Of a stretch of 24,000 bases of DNA, positions 7,872 through 14,747 are shown one piece after another (the stretch's first letter is position 1; every line of letters starts with the position of its first letter). A model generated the notes under the pieces. The model was not told where the DNA came from. It worked only from the letters and a program-made list of their open reading frames with translations, and made no database searches. Where the stretch lies: NCBI GenBank assembly GCA_964442845.1, contig CAYUAX010000027.1:1-24000 (forward strand). The letters run 5' to 3'. The DNA comes from an uncultured Bifidobacteriaceae bacterium (GTDB taxonomy: Bacteria > Acidobacteriota > Vicinamibacteria > Vicinamibacterales > UBA2999). Both the position numbers and the translations under genes were made by a program.

Positions 7872-8789
7872 TTATTCGGCGATGTAACGCCACGGGCCTT
7901 CGGGCGTGGCGCGATACCAGATCGTGAAGAACGGCGAGCCGTTGGGCGGGGCGCCGGGCGGCGGCGCGCCGTTTGGGCGGATGTAGCCGAACGAGATGCC
8001 GAGGTCGCCGCTCGATGCGACAACGGCGACGTCGGTGGACCACTCCACCGGACTCGTCGGTCCCGGCGCCCCGGCGCCTACGTTCCTGCCAATCGCGGCT
8101 GCCCCCACCACGTAGCCGGGGCTGTTGGGACCGCCCATGTTCACCGCGGTGTCGCTGCCCCACTTGGCGAATGCCGCGCCGAGGCCGATCTTCTGCGCTT
8201 CGTCCGAGAACGCGCGCTCGGCGGCCGCCAAGTCCTTCTGCAGCGCCGCCAGGTGCGCCACGTCGCTCTTCGCCGGCACCAGCGCCGCCGGCAGCAGCGG
8301 CGTCATCGGCGCCATCGACACGTGGCCCTCGGGCCGCCGCGCCCGCTTGTAGCCCAGCACCTTCCAGCCGCTCGCGCCCTTCAGCCAATACGCCATGTAC
8401 TTGAGCGGCAGCGTGGTGCCGTCGGCTTTGCGCTGCGTCATGAACCCGAACGTGAAGCCGTGCATCCCATCCGCCGAGAGCCCGAGGCGGATCGGCGTCC
8501 ATTCGAGACGACCACCGAGGTTGTCGGGATTGGCGCGCAGCGCCGCCGTCACCGCCGCGATGCCTCGATGCAGCGTCCCCGGCGGCCCCGGCATGATGAC
8601 CTCGGGGTCGAACATCGCCGTCAACGCCGTCACCGGATCCGCCTGCGCCGCCGCCGCGGCGAACGCCTGCTCGGCAGCGAGCAGCGTCTCGCCCACCGAC
8701 CCCGGGGTCGGCTGCGCCAGGCTCCCCGTCGTCACACCCGCGGTCATCGCCAGGGCCAAGGCCGCCGCACGGGCCATGTCGCTCGTCAT
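7872..8789 (-). CDS. Secreted protein with two tandem NTF2-like (DUF4440/SnoaL-like) domains
   Basis: Start chosen at ATG 8789 (GGAGAGG about 9 nt upstream); the track's 403-aa N-terminal extension is Arg-rich junk. Signal MTSDMARAAALALAMTAGVTTGSLA. There are two repeats of the AEQAF/AERAF...G...AF pattern, ending in ...WKVLGYKR and ...WRYIAE. Confidence 0.65.
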   Translation of the reverse strand: MTSDMARAAALALAMTAGVTTGSLAQPTPGSVGETLLAAEQAFAAAAAQADPVTALTAMFDPEVIMPGPPGTLHRGIAAVTAALRANPDNLGGRLEWTPIRLGLSADGMHGFTFGFMTQRKADGTTLPLKYMAYWLKGASGWKVLGYKRARRPEGHVSMAPMTPLLPAALVPAKSDVAHLAALQKDLAAAERAFSDEAQKIGLGAAFAKWGSDTAVNMGGPNSPGYVVGAAAIGRNVGAGAPGPTSPVEWSTDVAVVASSGDLGISFGYIRPNGAPPPGAPPNGSPFFTIWYRATPEGPWRYIAE

Positions 8790-8998
8790 CGCCGTTGCCT
8801 CTCCGCTTCGATGCTCGCGCATCCCCTCCCGTTCGCCAAGCCGGTGGGGCCCGATCGCCGTCACCCTGGGACGAATGGCCCGCCGGGTGAGGGAGCGGCG
8901 GCGCCGACGGCGCCTTGTGCTACAAGGTCCCGGGCGGTCCTCGTCCACCGGCTCCCCCGCCGTGGACCCCCGTGCGCCTTCCCCCAGGAGGACCGTCC

Positions 8999-10093
8999 AT
9001 GGCCAAGTCCCGCACCCGTCGCGCCACGTCGCGCGCCGTCCCCGTGTCCCGTCGGCGCACCGCGAAGGCGAAGTCCGCCGCACCCGGCACCGGCCCCGTC
9101 ACGCTGAAGCAGGCGCGCGCCCTGGCCAGGCTGGCCGTGCCGCTGCCCAAAGGCGGCAAGGCCGCGCTGGTGCCGGCATCGCCGGCCAGTGTCGGCGTCG
9201 AGCGGCGCAAGCTCGCGCTCAAACAGGAGCAGGAGAAGCGGCGGCGCATCAAGGAGTACCGCGCCACGATGGCGATCATGAAGAAGCGCGGCGTGAAGGG
9301 CCTGGCGCCCACGCGAAAGCGAGGAGCGCCGGCGCCCAAGGCCCCGCCCAAGCCCTTGCAGGTGTTCGCCGAGGGCGACTCGTGGTTCGACTACCCGGTG
9401 CCGTTCTTCGGCGGCGGCGTGATCCCGCGGCTCGAAGACAAGCTCGGCGTGCCGATCCTCAACCTGGCCAAGGCCGGCGACGAAGTGCGCTACATGCTGG
9501 GCGTGAAGGAGCGCAAAGAGCTGATCACCCAGTTCACCAACGGCTGCCCGGCCGGCGGGCCCTGGGACGTGCTGCTGTTCTCGGGCGGCGGCAACGACAT
9601 CGTCGACAACCCGATGGCGCTGTGGATTCGCGACTTCAACGCCACGCTGCCGCCCGCGGCGCTGGTGCACCAGGGCCGCTTCGACGCCGCGCTGGCGCTG
9701 GTGCGAGCCGGCTACGAGGATCTGATCGGCCTGCGCGATCGGCTGAGTCCGCAGACGCACCTCGTGTTCCACGGCTACGACTTCGCCATTCCCGACGGCC
9801 GCGGCATCTGCCACCTGGGGCCGTGGCTGAAGCCCACCTTCGATCTGCGCGGCTTCCCCTCGCAGGCGGCGGCGTTCGCGGTGACGAAGATCCTGCTGCA
9901 GCAGTTCGCGGCGATGCTGGCGTCACTCGAGGCGGCGCATCAGCAGGTGACCTTCCTCAACGGGCAAGGCACGCTGGCGGCGACGGCCGGCGCGTGGCAC
10001 AACGAGCTGCACCCGTCGAAGGACGGCTTCAAGACCTTCGCGTCGCTCTTCCACCAGAAGCTGAAGGCGCTGTTCCCGACGAAGGTGCCGTAG
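8999..10093 (+). CDS. SGNH/GDSL-family hydrolase with a 119-aa polybasic N-terminal extension; no signal peptide
   Basis: Strong RBS AGGAGG (8986-8991) 7 nt before ATG 8999. SGNH blocks: I FAEGDSWFDYP, II NLAKAGDEV, III FSGGGNDIV, V WHNELHPSKDGF (an N sits where the block-V Asp is usual). Residues 1-119 contain 34 K/R against 4 E and 0 D. Confidence 0.75.
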   Translation: MAKSRTRRATSRAVPVSRRRTAKAKSAAPGTGPVTLKQARALARLAVPLPKGGKAALVPASPASVGVERRKLALKQEQEKRRRIKEYRATMAIMKKRGVKGLAPTRKRGAPAPKAPPKPLQVFAEGDSWFDYPVPFFGGGVIPRLEDKLGVPILNLAKAGDEVRYMLGVKERKELITQFTNGCPAGGPWDVLLFSGGGNDIVDNPMALWIRDFNATLPPAALVHQGRFDAALALVRAGYEDLIGLRDRLSPQTHLVFHGYDFAIPDGRGICHLGPWLKPTFDLRGFPSQAAAFAVTKILLQQFAAMLASLEAAHQQVTFLNGQGTLAATAGAWHNELHPSKDGFKTFASLFHQKLKALFPTKVP

Positions 10094-10337
10094 CGCGCGA
10101 CCGGTCGGACGCGGGCGCCAGCGCCTTGGCGATGAACAGGCGATCGCGGCGGAGGCCGTCGACGACGACCTCCTGTCCGGCCATGTCCTCGAGCACCGCG
10201 TCGCGCATCGGCGGCCCGTCGTAACGGCGCAGCTGCAGCCGCTCGCCGTCGGCCGTGACGAGGAACGCCTGGTGCCGGCGCGCGCTCTTCGACGTGCCGC
10301 CGAAGGGTCCGATCTCGATTCGCCCCTGGAGGCGCAT
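10029..10337 (-). CDS. Small hypothetical protein (about 75-aa core plus low-complexity tail) encoded 30 nt downstream of the protease-like gene
   Basis: About 93% GC3 over the first 75 codons (MRLQGRIEIGPFGG...GQEVVVDGLRRDRLFIAKALAP). GC3 drops in the last ~25 codons, which overlap the convergent SGNH gene. No recognisable family and no strong SD. Confidence 0.5.
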   Translation of the reverse strand: MRLQGRIEIGPFGGTSKSARRHQAFLVTADGERLQLRRYDGPPMRDAVLEDMAGQEVVVDGLRRDRLFIAKALAPASDRSRATAPSSGTAPSASGGRATRRS

Positions 10338-10367
10338 TCCGTGATTGTATGCCCCGTCCGGCAGCGA

Positions 10368-11909
10368 CTACCGGCTCTCGACGATGCGCGTCACCACCTC
10401 GCCGTTCACCTGATAGGCCAGCAGGCCCTCGATACGCGGCGGCGGCGCGGCCGGACCGCGGGCCGCGGTCTTGCGCCGCTTCGTGGCCACGAACACCAGC
10501 TGCGCCTTCGGCATGGCCTTCAGCGCCTTGCCCATCACCTGCCTGGCCGCCGCCGGCTCGTGCACCTGGAACGCGCGCATGTGGGTGAAGCGGCGCCGCG
10601 CCGCCGCCAGCGCCTTGCGACGCATGGCCGCCGCCGCCTTCTGCGGCGACTTGGCTGGCACGGTGTAGGCGGTCTCGCGCGCCAGCCGCTCGCCCGCTTT
10701 CATCAGCCGCACCCGCCGCTGCAGCCGCGCCGCATGCGCCGCCGACTTGGCCTGCGGCGAGGCGCCGGAGCGGGGCGTCGCATCGGCCGCGAACGGATGG
10801 ATCGACGGGTCGCCGAGCAGCACGAACTGCGCCAGCGTCTTCTCGTCGTAGGGATCGACCACGCTCTGCTGCCGCACGTAGGCAAGCCGCGCCTCGAGCA
10901 GCGCCCGCCCCAGCGACGCGCCCTTGAGCAGCTGCTCCAGGAAGAGCTGGCAGACGATGTCGGCGTTGGCGTTGTCGTCGGCCGGCCCGTAGGCGATGGT
11001 CGTGGCGGCCACGATGCCGACGGCGCCCTTGGCCAGATAGGCGTTGGCGATGCTCATGGCCGGCAGCCCCTGCGGGTCGTAGAGCTCGGCGCCGTAGCAG
11101 CACTCGAAGGCGGCCACGGTGCCCGCCGACACGCCGGTGAGTTTGCGCGCGTCCATCGCCGTGGCGTAGACGTCCTTGGGGAACTCGCCGCTGAAGGTGT
11201 GGTCGGCCTCGTTGCCGTGGCAGTTGACGAAGTGCACCTTCTGGCGCAGCTGCGCGGCCGTGAAGGTCGGCCCGGCCGTGGGCGACGTGAGCACGACCGG
11301 CACGGCGCCGAGGAGGTTGCGCACGCTCATCTTGGTGGACTTCACCCACACCTTGGCCGTCAGCGCGAAGCACGAGTCGGGCCGCGGCTGCGGCGTGGCG
11401 GCGGCGCTCGCCTTCAGTTGCGCGAGCAGATAGGCCGGCGTCGCCGCGCCGGTCAGGTCGGGGATGCGGCCGACGACACGGGTCGGGCCGAGGAACTTCG
11501 TCGTCACCTGGCTGTACGGCGCCTCACAGGCGTACGGCAGGTCGCTGCCGGCGAAGCGATCCGGGTCGGAGTCGGGGTCGGCCGGGTCGTGCAGCTTGTT
11601 CTTCAGGTCCTGGTACGGGACGACGTCGTGCGAGCCGAGAATCACCAGGTACTCGGGCCGGTGCTTCTTGACCACCGCGTCCACGGCGGCCTTGTTCTCG
11701 GCCGGATCGGCGGGGTCGATGACGCGCGCGGCGCCGAGCGGCGACGCGTCGAGGTAGAGGAGCCGGGTGGCCAGACCGCGCCGGGCATCGGCCGTGGCCA
11801 GCGTCTTCACGCCCTGCTCGATGGCGGTCAGGCCGCGGCTGCCGTACTTGGCCAACAGGGCCCCGCGGTTGGTCACGAGGAGCTTGCTCGAGAGCGATCT
11901 GGTCGCCAT
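10368..11909 (-). CDS. Gingipain-like (peptidase C25-type, clan CD) protease homolog, cytoplasmic (no signal peptide), with a basic C-terminal extension
   Basis: 513 aa. GGAGGGG RBS 5 nt before the ATG. C25-like landmarks in order: KLLVTN, YLVILGSHDVVPYQ, SDLPYA...PTRVVGRIPD, VHFVNCHGNE (His231-Gly), AAFECCYGAELYD (Cys270/271) and FVLLGDPSI. Residues 373-513 are Ala/Arg/Lys-rich. Confidence 0.65.
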   Translation of the reverse strand: MATRSLSSKLLVTNRGALLAKYGSRGLTAIEQGVKTLATADARRGLATRLLYLDASPLGAARVIDPADPAENKAAVDAVVKKHRPEYLVILGSHDVVPYQDLKNKLHDPADPDSDPDRFAGSDLPYACEAPYSQVTTKFLGPTRVVGRIPDLTGAATPAYLLAQLKASAAATPQPRPDSCFALTAKVWVKSTKMSVRNLLGAVPVVLTSPTAGPTFTAAQLRQKVHFVNCHGNEADHTFSGEFPKDVYATAMDARKLTGVSAGTVAAFECCYGAELYDPQGLPAMSIANAYLAKGAVGIVAATTIAYGPADDNANADIVCQLFLEQLLKGASLGRALLEARLAYVRQQSVVDPYDEKTLAQFVLLGDPSIHPFAADATPRSGASPQAKSAAHAARLQRRVRLMKAGERLARETAYTVPAKSPQKAAAAMRRKALAAARRRFTHMRAFQVHEPAAARQVMGKALKAMPKAQLVFVATKRRKTAARGPAAPPPRIEGLLAYQVNGEVVTRIVESR

Positions 11910-12010
11910 GGACCCCTCCGCGCGGGACGGGGGAGCACCCGGACCCGCGTCACGGACTATCGCTCAGGTAGCGTCGCCGGGCGTCGAGCGACCTCAATAC
12001 GGCGTGCAGC

Positions 12011-12056
12011 TCCGAGTCATCGACTCCGAGTCGATGACTCAGAGCCGATGACAAAT
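12011..12056. repeat. Intergenic modular palindromic element, copy B: units GAGTCATCGACTCC and GAGTCGATGACTCA, then right arm GAGCCGATGACA
   Basis: 14-bp periodic GAGTC-N3-GACTC units at 12014-12041. The right arm at 12042-12053 matches copy A's right arm 10/12. It sits between the stop of the ATP-grasp gene (12069) and the promoter region of the protease-like gene. Confidence 0.7.
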
Positions 12057-12068
12057 GGTGCAGATTCT

Positions 12069-13604
12069 TCAACTTGAGACCGGCATCGACGGCTGCGTGC
12101 GCCAGTACTCCAGGGTCAACCTCGCTACCCGTCGCAGGTCGAGCGGCGCGGCGCCGCGGGCGCGGTTGGCGGCGCCGATCTCGAACACCAGCTGCCACTG
12201 ACGCGACAGGGTCCGCCACGCCCGCCAGGCGCCGTACGCCGGGTCGTAGATGTTGGTCGATTCCGAGGTGACGCCGTTCAGCTCGACGATCGTCAGGTCC
12301 TCGCCGCGCCGGAACCCCTCGACGCGCCGGTACCGCACGTCGAACCGGCCGATGTAGAAGCCCGGCACCGCCCGGGCAATCTCGTCGATGCGCGCCGACA
12401 GCGCCGGCGTGACGAGCTCCGCGCCATCGAGGAACACGGCGCCCTGGCAGTGGTTGCCCGACGTCACCAGCGCCAGCCGTTCGCCGTCGCCGAGCACGCG
12501 CGCGCCGTCGTGACGCTCCAGGAACAACGGCACCTGCAGCCGGTAGCGCGGATGCTCCCAGAGCAGCGCCTCTACCGTGGCCACGCCGTCGCCCGTCAGC
12601 ACCGGGAAGCGCTTGTCGGTCACGCTGAAGATGTGGCCGCGCGTCTCGCCGGGCCGCCGGTAATAGAAGACGCCGGCCTCGAACGGCCCTGGATGCCACG
12701 GCTGCACGATCACCGGGCCGCGCTCGCGCGCCAGGTACGCGACTGCTTCGTCGCGCGAGGCGATGCGTCGCACGCCGACGCCTTTCTGGCCGACGTCGGG
12801 CTTGAGGATGAGCGGATAGGTCCAGCCGCCATCGGCCACGGCGGCATCGAACGCGCGCAGCCGGACGATCGGCTCGGCCGCCGCCACCAGCGCCGAGGGC
12901 GCCGTCCACCGCGACGGCAGCGCCTGCAGGATGGCGAACTTCGACTCGCCGACGAAGCCGCCGTCTTCGAATCCCGGATTGGCAGCGCCGATGGTCCCGA
13001 CGCCGCCGTGCCGTATCGCCAACCAGAGCAGCCACGGGCCAAGCGGGCCGTAGACCATCCACGACGGCCAGAACTCGGGCCGCAGCCAGCGATCGATGCG
13101 GGCGGTCGCCACCCGCCACACCCGACGCCCGCGGTCGGTGCGCGACGCACGGAGCAGCGCCAGCAGCAGCACCCCGCCGACCAGCAGTTCGGAGGTCCCC
13201 AGCACGATCAGCGGCGTCCACAGCGTGACCGCCAGCGCGGTCCAGGCGAAGAACGCCCGCGGCCGCGTGCCGAACACCCCGGCGGCCAGGTACAACGGCA
13301 GGCGCGTGCCGGGCAGAAAGCGGCTGGCGACGAGGGCGGTCGGTTCGTCCACGGCCAGCACCAGTGCGCGGCCCAGCACGCGCGGCATCCGCTGCACGCA
13401 CCAGCGGTGCAGGCGTTCGCTGCAGGCCAGCCCGCGTCCGGCCAGCCACAGCCCGACATCGCCCAGGTAGATGCCGGCGCCGCACGCGATCAGCGCCTGG
13501 CTCACCGTGAGCTCGCCCGAGCGGACGAGCCATCCGGCCCAGAGCGCCGCGGCGTCCTCCGACACGAAGGTGCCCAGCACGATCCAGAACGCCGTCGCGG
13601 TCAT
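12069..13604 (-). CDS. Fusion protein: N-terminal DedA/VTT (SNARE-associated) membrane domain plus C-terminal ATP-grasp carboxylate-amine ligase-like domain
   Basis: Start at ATG 13604, overlapping the upstream stop (ATGA). DedA motifs: FVSEDAAALWAGWL, GIYLGDVGLWLAGRG, ASRFLPGTRLPLYLAAGV. ATP-grasp-like body: YPLILKPDVGQKGVGVRRI, VIVQPW, FPVLTGDGVATVEALL, GNHCQGAVFLDG, GRFDVRY, IVELNGVTSESTNIYDP. Confidence 0.75.
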   Translation of the reverse strand: MTATAFWIVLGTFVSEDAAALWAGWLVRSGELTVSQALIACGAGIYLGDVGLWLAGRGLACSERLHRWCVQRMPRVLGRALVLAVDEPTALVASRFLPGTRLPLYLAAGVFGTRPRAFFAWTALAVTLWTPLIVLGTSELLVGGVLLLALLRASRTDRGRRVWRVATARIDRWLRPEFWPSWMVYGPLGPWLLWLAIRHGGVGTIGAANPGFEDGGFVGESKFAILQALPSRWTAPSALVAAAEPIVRLRAFDAAVADGGWTYPLILKPDVGQKGVGVRRIASRDEAVAYLARERGPVIVQPWHPGPFEAGVFYYRRPGETRGHIFSVTDKRFPVLTGDGVATVEALLWEHPRYRLQVPLFLERHDGARVLGDGERLALVTSGNHCQGAVFLDGAELVTPALSARIDEIARAVPGFYIGRFDVRYRRVEGFRRGEDLTIVELNGVTSESTNIYDPAYGAWRAWRTLSRQWQLVFEIGAANRARGAAPLDLRRVARLTLEYWRTQPSMPVSS

Positions 13605-14377
13605 GAGGCCGCCTTCGCCGCCCACCCCGAGTTGGCTTCGGCGCCCAAGGCCAGCGCGACCAGCGCCGCGCCGCGCCGCTCGATCGACAGCCACGCCGGC
13701 TGCCCGATCCCGTCGCGCATCGACTCGTAGCGCATGCGCACCCGGCTCGGCGTGACGTCCACGGTGGTGACGCTCTGCGTGGCCCAGTCGTGCCGCCGCA
13801 TGTGCACGCTGAGGTGCGGACGGTCGGGCCAGCGATGCCGATGGAACGCGTCCTGGCCGTCGAGGGGATCGACGGCGCCGGTCACCAGCGTGTCGAACAG
13901 GGCGCGGCGCGCCGGCTCGGCCTCGGTGTCACCCGGCGGCACCGCGGTGAAGCCCACCGGCCCACGCATCGGATAGGTGTCCATGCTCAGCCCGCCGGGC
14001 CGCACGCGCAGCTCGAGCGTCTTCGTGCCGTCGCTCGCCAGCAGCCGATGCGGCGGCCAGCCGCGCCAGGTGAGCGCCTGCGCGCGCGCCACCACCTGCC
14101 GCAGGTCGGCGCAGTCGAGCATCTCCAGGATGAGACGGCTGCGACTGGGCGCCGTGGACGACACCTCGCCGTGCCCGTTCAACAGCGCGAACACCAGACC
14201 CGCCGACGTGGCGGCGATCCACGTGCCGCCGCCCTGCGGGTCGATCGGCAGCAGCGCCAGCGCGCCGCCGGCGCGGGTGATGAGCGGCGGGTGCGCGGCG
14301 GGCCGGTCGTGGCGCTCGTCGCGGTTGGCCATCACCCGCAGGTGATCGCCCATCGGCAGGAACGTGACGGTGCACAT
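13601..14377 (-). CDS. NRDE-family protein (TANGO2-like, Ntn-hydrolase-like with N-terminal Cys)
   Basis: MCTVTFLPMGDHLRVMANRDERHDRP carries both the Met-Cys start and the eponymous NRDE motif. There is 1 nt between the upstream stop and this ATG. Confidence 0.8.
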   Translation of the reverse strand: MCTVTFLPMGDHLRVMANRDERHDRPAAHPPLITRAGGALALLPIDPQGGGTWIAATSAGLVFALLNGHGEVSSTAPSRSRLILEMLDCADLRQVVARAQALTWRGWPPHRLLASDGTKTLELRVRPGGLSMDTYPMRGPVGFTAVPPGDTEAEPARRALFDTLVTGAVDPLDGQDAFHRHRWPDRPHLSVHMRRHDWATQSVTTVDVTPSRVRMRYESMRDGIGQPAWLSIERRGAALVALALGAEANSGWAAKAAS

Positions 14378-14378
14378 G

Positions 14379-14747
14379 TCAGAACACCCGCAGGCCGTCG
14401 CGATGCAGCCAGGTGGTGGCGGCGGCGCAGAGGAACACGAGGCAAGCCAGCGCGAACAGCAGACCGCCGTCGCCCTGCACCTCGATGCCGAGTCGGGTCA
14501 GGTGGCTGCCAATGGCGCCGGCCATCAACCCCATGGCCAACACGCCGCCGAGGCCCGCGGTGCCCGTCCACAGCAGCAGGCCCGAGGCGACCAGTTCGGC
14601 TACGCCGCTGCCGATGCGGCCCCACGGCTCGGCGCCGAGCGTGGTGAAGATGTAGACCGACTCGGGCGCGCCGGTGAACTTGAAGAACAGCGTCTGCAGC
14701 AGGATGCCGGCGGCGACGAGCCGGACGATCCAGTCGAGGGCGGCCAT
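14379..14747 (-). CDS. DoxX-family integral membrane protein
   Basis: 122 aa with four hydrophobic segments. WIVRLVAAGILLQTLFFKFTG...GSGVAELVASGLLLW...GAIGSHL fits the DoxX pattern. Its ATG shares 1 nt with the upstream TGA (TGATG). The rest of the 315-aa track ORF is out-of-frame overlap with the YHS gene. Confidence 0.75.
   Translation of the reverse strand: MAALDWIVRLVAAGILLQTLFFKFTGAPESVYIFTTLGAEPWGRIGSGVAELVASGLLLWTGTAGLGGVLAMGLMAGAIGSHLTRLGIEVQGDGGLLFALACLVFLCAAATTWLHRDGLRVF

Noticed and set aside
8790-9083. N-terminal extension of track ORF 7872-9083
   Set aside because: Arg-rich and non-hydrophobic, and it overlaps the SGNH gene start. An internal ATG at 8789 has an RBS and is followed by a signal peptide.
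9940-13730. Long alternative-frame ORFs (9940-11373 minus, 10272-12077 plus, 11950-13533 minus, 12450-13730 plus)
   Set aside because: Off-frame or antisense to the well-supported protease-like and DedA::ATP-grasp genes. Compositions are dominated by R, A, G and P.
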